From: Candidatus Woesearchaeota archaeon
Lineage (GTDB): Archaea; Nanobdellota; Nanobdellia; Woesearchaeales; ARS49
DNA: 64,000 bases
Assembly: GCA_016215315.1 (NCBI GenBank)
Contig: JACRKG010000040.1
Coordinates: forward strand, 3,128-67,127
Direction: 5' to 3'
Shown: piece by piece, positions 24,900-34,432 of the stretch
How the letters are laid out: each line of letters opens with the position of its first letter
Numbering within the stretch: position 1 is the first letter of the stretch
Made by a program: the position numbers and the translations under genes
Notes under the pieces: model-generated
Seen by the model: the letters and a program-made list of their open reading frames with translations, nothing else
The model's database searches: none
What the model was told of the DNA's origin: nothing

Positions 24900-25829
24900 A
24901 TGACTAAAAATATAGTTCTTGATGGTTTATTCGGATTATGTGTGGCTGACGCATTAGGTGTGCCTGTCGAATTTGTGAGTAGAGAAAAACTAAAAAAGAA
25001 TCCCGTCAGGGATATGATTGGTTTTGGTGCTTATAATCAGCCTCCAGGTACTTGGTCTGATGATAGTTCTCTTGCTTTTTGTTTAGCTGAAAGTCTTTGT
25101 AAGGGATTTAATTTAAATAATATTGCTCAAATGTTTTGTAAGTTTTTGCATGAGGCGTACTGGACTCCTTGGAGTAAAGTGTTTGATGCAGGAGTAATTA
25201 CTAGAATTGCTATTGCAAATATTCGAAGAGGAGTGAATCCTGTGCTTGCAGGAGGTAGATCTGAAAGAGATAATGGTAACGGATCTTTGATGAGAATACT
25301 TCCAATAGTTTTTTTTGTAAAAAACAAAAAAAGTGATGACAAATTTAGGATTATTGCGCAAGTATCATCAATTACTCACGGCCATATTAGATCTATAATT
25401 TCTTGTGCAATATATGTTGAATTTGCAATAAATATTCTCAAAGGACAAGATAAAGAAGAAGCTTATGAGAACATGAAGGATGTAATAATTGATTTTTACA
25501 AAAATGAAGAAAAAGAGTTAAAAAATTTTTCCAGAATATTAAAAGATGATGTTGCGTCCTTTTCTGAAGAAGAAATTAATTCAACGGGTTATGTTGTTGA
25601 TACTTTGGAAGCAGCGTTGTGGTGTTTTCTAAATACTTCTTCATACAAGAATGCAGTTCTAACTGCAGTAAATCTTGGAAATGATACTGATACAGTTGCA
25701 GCAGTAACTGGTGGTTTAGCAGGAATTTATTATGGGTTCGAGAAAATTCCTAAAAAATGGATAAACCAGATCGCAAGAAAAGAAGATATAATAAAATTAG
25801 CTGAAAAATTAAATAAAACGCTCGAGTAA
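24900..25829 (+). CDS. ADP-ribosylglycohydrolase family protein (DraG/ARH-like)
   Basis: VADALGVP, TWSDDS, NGNGSLMRILP, SITHGH, LGNDTDTVAAVTGGLAG. Confidence 0.95.
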   Translation: MTKNIVLDGLFGLCVADALGVPVEFVSREKLKKNPVRDMIGFGAYNQPPGTWSDDSSLAFCLAESLCKGFNLNNIAQMFCKFLHEAYWTPWSKVFDAGVITRIAIANIRRGVNPVLAGGRSERDNGNGSLMRILPIVFFVKNKKSDDKFRIIAQVSSITHGHIRSIISCAIYVEFAINILKGQDKEEAYENMKDVIIDFYKNEEKELKNFSRILKDDVASFSEEEINSTGYVVDTLEAALWCFLNTSSYKNAVLTAVNLGNDTDTVAAVTGGLAGIYYGFEKIPKKWINQIARKEDIIKLAEKLNKTLE

Positions 25830-25977
25830 ACTGATAAAAGCTCAGTTTAAAGCACAAACAAGTGCAAGTATTAAATTCAGCAATATCATTCGCGACGCAG
25901 TCGCCAAAGTGTTTTGGAAAAAATAAAAAAAGCAGACAATATTTTTTATTGCTGCCGTTTACTGCTTGCTAAGTTTT

Positions 25978-26409
25978 TTACTGCGAACCGCAAACTGCAA
26001 ACTGTGAACTATGGACTGGTTCTGAGTTTCCTTCTCTAGGAAAGTTCAGTCCTCTTTGAACTACGTTTTTTTCTACTTCTCTTGCTTCAAAAGCACGGAT
26101 TAAGAATTCTGCTGCTTTCTCATAATCAAATGGTTTGCACGAGAAAATATCTATAAAAACGTAGTCTTTTTCTTGGAATGTGTGCACAGAAATATGACTT
26201 TCTGCAATTATTATCACTCCAGTTATTCCTTTATCTTCAGGAACTAATCCCGAGTAAGGAAACACAAAAGGTTGTGTTATTTTAGTCATGCCGATCATGT
26301 CAGGCAAGTTATTTAATAGTCCAAAGACAAAATCTAAGTCTTTGAGTTTTTCTTTATTGCACCCACTTAAATCAAGGGTTAGGTGCGGCCCAAAAATGTT
26401 TTGATTCAT
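25978..26409 (-). CDS. speD: S-adenosylmethionine decarboxylase proenzyme (SpeD/SpeH type)
   Basis: GPHLTLD, GITGVIIIAE-SHISVHTF pyruvoyl cleavage motif, DIFSCK. Confidence 0.92.
   Translation of the reverse strand: MNQNIFGPHLTLDLSGCNKEKLKDLDFVFGLLNNLPDMIGMTKITQPFVFPYSGLVPEDKGITGVIIIAESHISVHTFQEKDYVFIDIFSCKPFDYEKAAEFLIRAFEAREVEKNVVQRGLNFPREGNSEPVHSSQFAVCGSQ
25981..26017 (-). repeat. Heptamer tandem repeat inside the 3' end of speD
   Basis: Minus strand GTCCATA GTTCACA GTTTGCA GTTTGCG GTTCGCA. Confidence 0.6.
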
Positions 26410-26655
26410 TCTTAAAGTACACCTCCGTACTTTGAATTTTTTCCTTCGGAAAAAATTCTGAAATTATTGTTGTTTAGAATAAATGGTAAACTAGAGCTGA
26501 AACTAATTAAACTAAGAAGTATTTCTTTGCTTGTTTTTGTCGTCTGTAACATTTTTTGTTTGGAATAACTGCACCTCGCAGGAAAATTGTTTTTATTAAA
26601 GTAAAACATATTTGAGAACTTATATTTAAATATATTTATTTTGAATTTTTCTCGT

Positions 26656-27201
26656 CTATTTAGTATATTCACTTTTTAGAAGACCAAACATCAAGTCATC
26701 CAACCATTTTCCATTTTTGAAAATGTGTTTTCTGAACGTTCCTTCTTTTTTGAAATGAAATTTTTCTAAAACTTTTATTGAAGCAATATTTGGATGCATT
26801 ACCTTTGCATAAATCTTTTTAAATTTTAATTTTTTGAAACCAAAATCGAGAATTAATTTTACTGCTTCAGAAGTTATTCCTTTATTCCAGTGCTTTTTTC
26901 CCAACCAAAAACCCAGTTCTGCATTTTTACTGGTCTTATCTATCTTAAATAAAGCCACCATGCCGATTATTTTGTTAGTTTCTTTTAATTCGATTCCCAA
27001 ATCGTAAGAGGTTTTTTCTTTTTTTGTTTTTTGAGGACTTCTATGCAGATTTTTGATTAGTTCAACCGCGTGTTTTAACCTGTAAGGGCGTGGTAAAGAA
27101 GTATATTTTCCAACTATTTTGTCTTTTGCATTTTCGTAAATTGAATGTGCATCAGAATTTTTCAGGGTCCTTAATATTATTCTTGTTCCTATTAATTTCA
27201 T
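26656..27201 (-). CDS. GNAT family N-acetyltransferase (RimJ/RimL-like)
   Basis: AELGFWLGKKHWNKGITSEA, NIASIKVLEK, EGTFRKH. Confidence 0.9.
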   Translation of the reverse strand: MKLIGTRIILRTLKNSDAHSIYENAKDKIVGKYTSLPRPYRLKHAVELIKNLHRSPQKTKKEKTSYDLGIELKETNKIIGMVALFKIDKTSKNAELGFWLGKKHWNKGITSEAVKLILDFGFKKLKFKKIYAKVMHPNIASIKVLEKFHFKKEGTFRKHIFKNGKWLDDLMFGLLKSEYTK

Positions 27202-28061
27202 AATACTCTCGAAATCAGTTCAGCAACGTCAATTTTGCTTTCTTTCCTTTCAATTGTATTTGTGCAGATTACGTTTGCTCCTAGTTTTTGTAATCTTTTA
27301 ACTGCATCTAGAACGAATACTCCGTGAACTGCAATACAATAAATTTTTTTAACTCCTTTTTGTTTTAATTGTTTGATTGGTTCAATCATTGTATGACCAG
27401 TGCTAATAATGTCATCAACAACCACTACATCTTTTCCTTTCCAATCAACATCTTCTTTTACTTTAATTCTTACTGTTGTTGAATTATATCTTTTCTTTCT
27501 TAACACAACTGCATGATGATGTAATTTTTCTGCAATATGTTCAGCCCATTGATAACTTTCGCCGTCTGGACCCACAATTATTGCTTTAGGATGATTTTTC
27601 TTTATGTATTTTGCAATGTCTTCATTTGCACTTAATCTTCTTGTTTTAGTTTCAATAACTTCACCAAGTTTTTTATACCTGTGTAAGTGAGGATCAATTG
27701 TAACAACTTCATCAGCGCAACTTAATAATAATCCCATGTATCTACTTGAAACAACTTCTCCAGGACTAAATTCTTTATCCTGCCTCATATAACCCAAGTA
27801 AGGTGCAACAACAGTTACTTTCTTAGCACCAGAATCATTTGCTGCTTGAGTAGCAAAAACTAATTCAATCAAAGCATCGTTAGGATTCGGATGAAACGAA
27901 TTAACCAGAACAACATGTTGATTTTTGACGGATTTCATAAAACGCAAATGACTTTCTCCGTCGGGAAAGTTTTGAGAATTAAATTCAGAAAATTGAGCTC
28001 TAGCATGTTTAGCAATACTTTTGGCAAGCTTAACACTGTTTCTCAAACCAAATATTATCAT
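27198..28061 (-). CDS. prs: Ribose-phosphate pyrophosphokinase
   Basis: FPDGESHLR, PYLGYMRQDK, DPHLH, VGPDGES, VVDDIISTGHT. Confidence 0.95.
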   Translation of the reverse strand: MIIFGLRNSVKLAKSIAKHARAQFSEFNSQNFPDGESHLRFMKSVKNQHVVLVNSFHPNPNDALIELVFATQAANDSGAKKVTVVAPYLGYMRQDKEFSPGEVVSSRYMGLLLSCADEVVTIDPHLHRYKKLGEVIETKTRRLSANEDIAKYIKKNHPKAIIVGPDGESYQWAEHIAEKLHHHAVVLRKKRYNSTTVRIKVKEDVDWKGKDVVVVDDIISTGHTMIEPIKQLKQKGVKKIYCIAVHGVFVLDAVKRLQKLGANVICTNTIERKESKIDVAELISRVL

Positions 28062-28179
28062 TTTACCTCTTTTTACTAGTTTATGTTGTAGTTATTTATG
28101 AACTTTTCTAAATAAACTGAGTTTTTTTATTAATTCAACAACAAAAAAGATTTAAATAACGTTTAATTATTTAGTTTAC

Positions 28180-29049
28180 ATGAAAACAAAAGCACTTTTC
28201 TTAATGATTGTTGCCATATTATTAATTTCTGTTGTTTTTGCTCAGGTTGAAGTTAAACCAACAGATTCATCAAAACTTGATTCTTGTGTTAACGCTTGTC
28301 TTAGTTCTAAACGTTGCATTTTCACTCAAGAATATCCTGGGCGTGAACCTTCTCCAGCATGTTTAGAAGAAAATATTAAGAAAGTTTGCACTGATGAATG
28401 TTCTCAAAATTCTGATGCTTACAAGCCTTATGTTCCTCCAGAACAAAAACCAATTTTAATCGCTCCGCCTGGTGCTAAACTAGTTCCTGTTAATCCACAA
28501 CCCGCTTCTCCTACACCTTCTCTTATTCAGAAAAAAGTAGACGTTTTACCTCCTACAACAGAATCTTCTTCAGTAGCATCTCCTTCAGCTACAGAAACAA
28601 TTACTAGAGTAGGATCCGTAGTAGCAGCAGGGCAAGCACAAGCAAATTCTGAACAAAGACCTGCTGAAGTACCTCAAAGAGCCGAACCAGCTCAGAAAGC
28701 AGAACCTGGAGTTCCTGCGCCAAAAGTAGATGTTGACGATCAAACAACCCGATTATTGGGAATTGTTCTAAAATTAGAAGAAACTAGTATTGGTCTTGAA
28801 CAAACAGGAAAAAGATTAGACACTATAGGAATTTATTACGCTCAAAATGATCAAATGGATAAAGCAAATGCTTTCTTTGAAGCAAAAAAACAAGTCACGG
28901 AACTATCTCAAGAACTCTTAGGTTTGAAAGATCTTGTAAAAGAAAACATTGACGATCCAGAAAAAGTCTACCCATTAATTAAAGAAAGAACGCAACAATT
29001 TAAGGCAGCGTTAAAGGAAGTTGTCATACAATTACTGAAAAAAATATGA
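28180..29049 (+). CDS. Secreted hypothetical protein (Cys motif, Pro/Ala linker, helical C-terminus)
   Basis: Signal peptide MKTKALFLMIVAILLISVVFA; Cys cluster; Pro-rich linker. Confidence 0.7.
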   Translation: MKTKALFLMIVAILLISVVFAQVEVKPTDSSKLDSCVNACLSSKRCIFTQEYPGREPSPACLEENIKKVCTDECSQNSDAYKPYVPPEQKPILIAPPGAKLVPVNPQPASPTPSLIQKKVDVLPPTTESSSVASPSATETITRVGSVVAAGQAQANSEQRPAEVPQRAEPAQKAEPGVPAPKVDVDDQTTRLLGIVLKLEETSIGLEQTGKRLDTIGIYYAQNDQMDKANAFFEAKKQVTELSQELLGLKDLVKENIDDPEKVYPLIKERTQQFKAALKEVVIQLLKKI

Positions 29050-29121
29050 TTTAGTTTTTCTGCTTTCTTGAATAATAATAAAAACTTAAATTTATAAATT
29101 TATTTTCTTTTAAGGACTATA

Positions 29122-29727
29122 ATGAAAAAATTATTTTTAGGACTTGCATTATTGGCGGGTAGTTTAGGAATTGGATATGGATGTAATAATACTGGCGATG
29201 AACAAGCCAAGCTTATTGCTAAAACTAAACGGGACTACCCGGCATATGTTGTTGCAGTTAATCTTGATAATTATGTTATTTCTGAGTTAAATAGTGCTAA
29301 AGTGGATATTTCTGAATACAGAAGCGGTAAACACACTCATTGGCCTAGTCCAGATACTGCACTTGAAAGGCTAAATAACATAATGATTAACATAAATAAT
29401 GTTTCTCTAAATTCGGATCAAGATGTTAAAAATTTAGAAGGAAATCTTATTTATTTACAGAATGAACTGACAGGAATAAAAAGAAATGAATATGGATCTT
29501 ATTATGAATATCAAAGAACTGAAATCGAGGGATTAGTTTCTTCTTTTGAAGTTATAAAAAATGAAAGACTTAATGAAGTTCCTAAAGAGCTAAGAACTAA
29601 AATTGATGATTTAAACTTTAAATGGTGGAATTTATTCTTGCTAAGCTTTGCTTTTGGAATTCCTGGAGCGGGTTTTTTAGTTAGTTATTTTAATGACAGA
29701 AAAAGACGAAACTATTACAGGTACTAA
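29122..29727 (+). CDS. Hypothetical membrane protein (signal/lipobox-like N-terminus, C-terminal TM)
   Basis: GIGYGC N-terminus; WWNLFLLSFAFGIPGAGFLVSYF helix followed by a basic tail. Confidence 0.65.
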   Translation: MKKLFLGLALLAGSLGIGYGCNNTGDEQAKLIAKTKRDYPAYVVAVNLDNYVISELNSAKVDISEYRSGKHTHWPSPDTALERLNNIMININNVSLNSDQDVKNLEGNLIYLQNELTGIKRNEYGSYYEYQRTEIEGLVSSFEVIKNERLNEVPKELRTKIDDLNFKWWNLFLLSFAFGIPGAGFLVSYFNDRKRRNYYRY

Positions 29728-29730
29728 AAT

Positions 29731-30129
29731 ATGGATTTTTCTGAAATTAACGAACCTTCTTGGCCTGGAGAACCAGAATTGATTGGTTCAAAAGAAATTG
29801 CCCCAGAAGAATTCTTGCATGACTGGTGTTATACTCTTTGGAATGATAAAATGTGGTTTTGCACAGTTTACAATGGAAAAATAGACGTTACTCAAGTAAG
29901 AAATAAACCAGATGTAGAACGAGCAGTTTGGAAAAATAATTTCCTTGAAGGAATACTAAAATCTCAAATTTGCGGAAGAATAAAATTCTTTTTTGACCAA
30001 AACACAAATGTTTGCGGTGTAGAAACAGATTACAAACCAACACCAGAACACTGCATGCCTTTAGAGTACACAGATATTGCTAAAATAAGCGCTTACTTGA
30101 AATATTTAGGGTACTTGAGCGCAGTTTAA
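29731..30129 (+). CDS. Hypothetical protein
   Basis: 132-aa ATG ORF 3 nt after the previous gene. Confidence 0.55.
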   Translation: MDFSEINEPSWPGEPELIGSKEIAPEEFLHDWCYTLWNDKMWFCTVYNGKIDVTQVRNKPDVERAVWKNNFLEGILKSQICGRIKFFFDQNTNVCGVETDYKPTPEHCMPLEYTDIAKISAYLKYLGYLSAV

Positions 30130-30281
30130 CATATTATATCTTGTGAGATATCAATCGATATTCATTAAGATATATATGCCTTTGCATTGAATTATTACTT
30201 CTTTACAGTGGTAAAAACTAGAAAGATTTAAATAGTGATCAAAGTTTATAGTACTAAATTAATTTGTTTTGGGGATAAAAA

Positions 30282-30587
30282 ATGTCATTAGATACAAACG
30301 GAATCGTTAAATTAATTGTTCAGTATAAAGGTAGAAATGAAATTGATTGTTTTATGGGCTTTAGAGAGGATAAAAGCGGGTTTAGAATAGATTTTGATCC
30401 GTATGCAATTGAAGGAGATGAATTAGAAGCAAAATTGTTTTCTTTGGGTGCAGATGTAACTCAGATAAATAGAGATGGCTCTGTTTGGACATATGAGAAA
30501 CTCAGTGATGTTGCTAGAGTCATGCCAGAAAATAATAATTCAATTGCAAGAATTTTAGAATATGTTATTTTATCTAGATCGAGTTAA
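30282..30587 (+). CDS. Hypothetical protein
   Basis: 101-aa ORF with TATA-like TTTAAATA upstream. Confidence 0.55.
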   Translation: MSLDTNGIVKLIVQYKGRNEIDCFMGFREDKSGFRIDFDPYAIEGDELEAKLFSLGADVTQINRDGSVWTYEKLSDVARVMPENNNSIARILEYVILSRSS

Positions 30588-30623
30588 ATAAAAATTAAAT
30601 AAGAATTTCGGAGGAAAAATAAA

Positions 30624-31202
30624 ATGTACAAAAACGAAAAATGGAATGAATTGAGTGATGTTGTTTTAGGAGCAGGTGTTTTAACACAAAAAATGCCAGG
30701 AACTAATTTAAATATGAATTTTTCTGGCGGAAAAGCTTACGTAAATGAAACAGGTAATGTTGGTTATGTTGCTTTAGACCTTTCAGGAGTTGACGCTGTA
30801 GCAAGTGGAGAAAAAGCTTCAGGAATGATAGGCGCATTAGGAGAACAAATGAGAGAAATGTTAAATAATCCTTCAGTAAGACAGCATTTAGACCAAACAA
30901 TTAAAGGAAAACAAATGTACTTATTTGTTTCAGTAAATCAAGATGGAAGAAAAGTTATTTCTATTCCAGGAACTAATACTGGTAGCGAAGAAGATGCTTT
31001 TGAATCAGTTGTAGGAACATTAGAATGGAATAATGAAGTTCCTTCAGTAGATGCAGTTTACGCATTCCACAGTAAATTAACTGACGGAAGAGAACTACAA
31101 AGCGATAAAGCAGTAGTTTCTGCAGCAGTAAAGACTGTAGTTAGTGATGCACAAGCTGTTTATGATAAATGTTTAGAATTGGCAAAACAAAGCTGGTTCT
31201 AA
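30624..31202 (+). CDS. Hypothetical protein
   Basis: 192-aa ORF with GGAGG SD. Confidence 0.65.
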   Translation: MYKNEKWNELSDVVLGAGVLTQKMPGTNLNMNFSGGKAYVNETGNVGYVALDLSGVDAVASGEKASGMIGALGEQMREMLNNPSVRQHLDQTIKGKQMYLFVSVNQDGRKVISIPGTNTGSEEDAFESVVGTLEWNNEVPSVDAVYAFHSKLTDGRELQSDKAVVSAAVKTVVSDAQAVYDKCLELAKQSWF

Positions 31203-31272
31203 ACTCTTTTTTATTTTCTTTTTTTTAATTTTATTATGATGTGTGCACATAAATAACTTTTCAGCTATCAAG

Positions 31273-31947
31273 TCATTGCTGTTCATCAGGATTTAAGAAA
31301 TCGTATTCTCCTTCTAGAGGATTGTAAAAATATTCTTTTTTCATCATTTCTAGTACTGTGTACGTGTATAGTTTTGGATTCGTGGCGAATTCCAGTAATA
31401 ATTTATCATCTAAAGTGGGATTTTTTTCTTTTAATCTTTGGTAGAATTTTGCTTCATTTTGATCATATTCTGATTTTCTTTCTAAATTTTTTTGTTTTGC
31501 TGTTTTGAGTGATTCAAGAGCTTTTATTTTTCTTTCAAATGCAGCTAAAAGACCTTCATAACTTTTTTTAACTTCTCCGGCATTTGTTCTGATTCTTTTT
31601 AATGGAAAATAACAAAAGATATTTGCAACTTTTATTTTTTGTTTACATAATTCCATTTCTTTATATTCGTTTTTGATTTGTTCTTCGATTGGTAATTTTT
31701 GTTCTGCTTCGAATTTTTCCATTTCTTCTTTTGTTGAAATTGCAGATAATCTTGCTTTGCTAAGACAAGCTTCTTTTTTTGATTTCTGAATTTGTTCTTC
31801 GAATTTCAAATAATCTAAGTGATAATTAACCTCGTCCCTATCTGTTGAAGAAAGATTTTCATTTAGAAGTCTTTCACATAAAGATATATATCCTCTGTTA
31901 ACTTCTATGCTTTTGTTTATTTCGTTTAAATCTTTATCTTCCGTCAT
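31273..31947 (-). CDS. Coiled-coil hypothetical protein
   Basis: K/E-rich helical composition, 224 aa. Confidence 0.6.
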   Translation of the reverse strand: MTEDKDLNEINKSIEVNRGYISLCERLLNENLSSTDRDEVNYHLDYLKFEEQIQKSKKEACLSKARLSAISTKEEMEKFEAEQKLPIEEQIKNEYKEMELCKQKIKVANIFCYFPLKRIRTNAGEVKKSYEGLLAAFERKIKALESLKTAKQKNLERKSEYDQNEAKFYQRLKEKNPTLDDKLLLEFATNPKLYTYTVLEMMKKEYFYNPLEGEYDFLNPDEQQ

Positions 31948-31997
31948 TATTTAGAATATATTGAAAAACATTTATAAGACTTTCTTGCGGAGAAGAG

Positions 31998-32105
31998 CTA
32001 ATTAGTTTACAAATATTTGCGGGTAAGCACCGCAGTGCGTATCGCTCTTGAGCTGCTTGTTTTCCCCGTGGTTTTGCGCAAGCAAAAGGCCGCTGTAAAC
32101 TAATT
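31998..32105. other. GC-rich multi-hairpin intergenic element
   Basis: AGTTTACA/TGTAAACT outer stem, AAGCA/TGCTT, GCTC-TT-GAGC, TTTTGC-GCAA-GCAAAA. Confidence 0.45.
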
Positions 32106-32726
32106 TCTATCCAGCACTTGCTCAACATATTTTGTACTGCCTGTATATTGTGTTTTTAGTATTTTTTCTACTTCTTCTTTTGGTAAAGCAATTTTGTAAC
32201 TTCTAGAGCTTGTTAGTGCATCATACATGTCTGCCACGGCAATGATTTCTGCCAATTTATTAATGTCTGCTTTGCGTTTTCTTCTATCCTTATTTCTTGC
32301 TTTTTTACGTCTATCCCTTCCTTTTCTAGGATATCCTTCTTTTTTATACTCATGGTGTGCTACAATAATTGGTTTGATTAAGCCGTATTCTAATTCATCA
32401 TCAATTTCTAAGAACCCCAGTCTAGAATGACTTTTTATTACTTCTAATTCTTCACTTGTTAATTTTTCAGTTTTTGATAAAATTTCTAACGGAATTTTAA
32501 CTTTACCTACATCGTGAAGTAATCCTGAATAACCTAATAATCTTAATTCAAAGTCATTTACATGGTTTTCTAAACCTAAATCAACACTTAGCAAACCAAC
32601 ACGCATGCTATGCTCGTAAGATTCCAAATGATGGTTTTTTAGTGCTTCAAGTTGTGGAGTAATTTTGCCTTCATTAATCAAGCTGTCTAAGAATTCTTTA
32701 CTTTTTTGATAAAGTAGACTTACCAT
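32100..32726 (-). CDS. Stand-alone HD-GYP domain phosphohydrolase
   Basis: HSMRV, LLHDVGK, HHE..EGYP, AVADMYDALTSSRSYK. Confidence 0.88.
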   Translation of the reverse strand: MVSLLYQKSKEFLDSLINEGKITPQLEALKNHHLESYEHSMRVGLLSVDLGLENHVNDFELRLLGYSGLLHDVGKVKIPLEILSKTEKLTSEELEVIKSHSRLGFLEIDDELEYGLIKPIIVAHHEYKKEGYPRKGRDRRKKARNKDRRKRKADINKLAEIIAVADMYDALTSSRSYKIALPKEEVEKILKTQYTGSTKYVEQVLDRN

Positions 32727-33020
32727 ATCAAAAACAAAGGTATTTAGTATTTAAATGTTTTTGTTATGACAATTTAGTAACGATAAAAAGAGTTATTCGT
32801 AACTAATTGCCGCTAAAATATCTTTTTCTTTTAGCTCCGGATGTGCATTAAAAAGACACTTCTATTTCTATGGACTCATGATTTAGCCGCCACATACAGT
32901 AAATAACTATTTGAGCACACAATTCCCGGGCGGCCCTAGCTCAGAAAAACCAATGTATCTTAAAAGAATTAATAATGAAAACCACAATGGTCGAGAGTGT
33001 AACTCAACCGAATTGTGAAT

Positions 33021-33506
33021 TCAGAATTCTTTTGTACTTTCTTCTTTTTTCTTGTATTCACTAACTTTTTGTTTTACTAATTCAAAAACTTCTTTTATTT
33101 TGCTTCCGTGAGTGGTTCCTATTTGTTCACCAACCATGACAATTAAGGAATAAGTATCTTTTTCTACTGTTTCTCCCCATATGTTGTTTTCTTTAACATT
33201 TTCGAGTATTACATCTAAAAGGTCTATTCTTGTTTTGTAAATTTCTTGATGATTTGAGTAATAGTATGACTGTCTTTCCAATCCTTTACTTTCGGCAAAA
33301 CCTAAGGTTGGTTTGTCGCTTCTCAAAAATATTACTTTTTGATCTGATTGTTCATAATTTGTTTCAGGTTGTTTGAGTTCAATTTTTTCTTTATTAACTT
33401 TTAAAGTATAAATCCATTTGTCAGGCTCTTGTGCTTTAATTTTTGTTATTAATTCTTCTAGAAATAATTGTCCTTCTTCACCTTTGAAAAGGTTTGTTTG
33501 TGGCAT
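33021..33506 (-). CDS. Hypothetical protein
   Basis: 161-aa ATG ORF with a TATA-like element upstream. Confidence 0.55.
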   Translation of the reverse strand: MPQTNLFKGEEGQLFLEELITKIKAQEPDKWIYTLKVNKEKIELKQPETNYEQSDQKVIFLRSDKPTLGFAESKGLERQSYYYSNHQEIYKTRIDLLDVILENVKENNIWGETVEKDTYSLIVMVGEQIGTTHGSKIKEVFELVKQKVSEYKKKEESTKEF

Positions 33507-33556
33507 GGGACTACTTAAGACTGTGGATTTAAAAAATTTGTGAGCTATTATTCCGA

Positions 33557-33598
33557 AGACTGGCCGGCCAAAGTTTATATCAATCTGCCGGCCAGTCT
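33557..33598. repeat. Perfect 12-bp GC-rich inverted repeat enclosing a TATA-like loop
   Basis: AGACTGGCCGGC (33557-68) / GCCGGCCAGTCT (33587-98); loop contains AAAGTTTATAT. Confidence 0.8.
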
Positions 33599-33688
33599 GA
33601 GTGTTAATGTCCGCAGGACTGGAAACTGAGAATTATTATTAAACAAAAATATCAAACCTTTAAAATAAAACACTGAGAATTTAATCTT

Positions 33689-34039
33689 TTATTTTGCTTC
33701 AACAGCTGCTTTAAATGCGTCAGCAATTTTTTTCATGTCTTCTTGTTTTACTGTTAATACGTATGCTTGTAATGCTGATTTTACTTGTTCTGGTGTTGTT
33801 GGTTTTAAGTCGATTAATTTTGCAATTTGGCTTTCTCTTAATCTTGGTATTTTTAATTTTTCTATTTCTCCTTTTAATTCTTCAACTTGACTTTTTTTGA
33901 AATTTACAGTTGTTTCTAAGTGTTCTAGTGTTTTTTGTGCTCTAAAACTTAGTTCTCCTTGTTCTTTTTTGTTTTTTTCAAGAATTTCTTTTAGTTCAAA
34001 GCTTGTTATTGGTGTTTCTGCTAATACTTGTGGTTTCAT
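33689..34039 (-). CDS. rpo4: DNA-directed RNA polymerase subunit Rpo4 (F)
   Basis: ETPIT..ELK.IL, ELSFRAQKTLEHL, KLIDLKP; directly downstream of rpl21e as in the conserved archaeal order. Confidence 0.88.
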   Translation of the reverse strand: MKPQVLAETPITSFELKEILEKNKKEQGELSFRAQKTLEHLETTVNFKKSQVEELKGEIEKLKIPRLRESQIAKLIDLKPTTPEQVKSALQAYVLTVKQEDMKKIADAFKAAVEAK

Positions 34040-34040
34040 T

Positions 34041-34331
34041 TTATATTTTCCTCAAATGAATTGGGTGTACTATTAACATTTTTTCTTTATGTTTGTCCAT
34101 GATTGCTATTTCGTAGCACGCTCCTCTTTTACCTTTAACAACTCCTGTTCTGCTGTGAAATCTCGAATGGTATAATCCTTTCTGTACTGCAGATTCACCT
34201 GCGAGTAGAACTACGTCTGATTCTTTGAATTCTTGAAAATACTTGGAAGTTGGTATTTTTCCTTTCTGTCGAGCGTGTTTTGTGAATAAACTTCTTGACT
34301 TTCGTCTTGATCCGCCAATCTTTTGTACCAT
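34041..34331 (-). CDS. rpl21e: 50S ribosomal protein L21e
   Basis: GSRRKSR.LFTK, FHSRTGVV..KRGACYEI, IVHPIHL; start set at ATG 34331. Confidence 0.93.
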   Translation of the reverse strand: MVQKIGGSRRKSRSLFTKHARQKGKIPTSKYFQEFKESDVVLLAGESAVQKGLYHSRFHSRTGVVKGKRGACYEIAIMDKHKEKMLIVHPIHLRKI

Positions 34332-34432
34332 GTACTTACTAGAAAAAAGGGTCATTTAAAAAGGTTTTGGTGTTGGAAACAAAAAATTTAAATATGAGGT
34401 TCTTCTCTTCTCATATTAGTGAGGTGGGACAA

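Noticed and set aside
26412-26672. 86-aa ORF upstream of speD, or a SAM riboswitch there
   Set aside because: Low-complexity N/F/K composition; no riboswitch core motif recognisable in this AT-rich region
32793-32860. DUF433-like fragment (HPELKEKDILAAISY)
   Set aside because: Only about 20 residues, bounded by an upstream in-frame stop; too short to support
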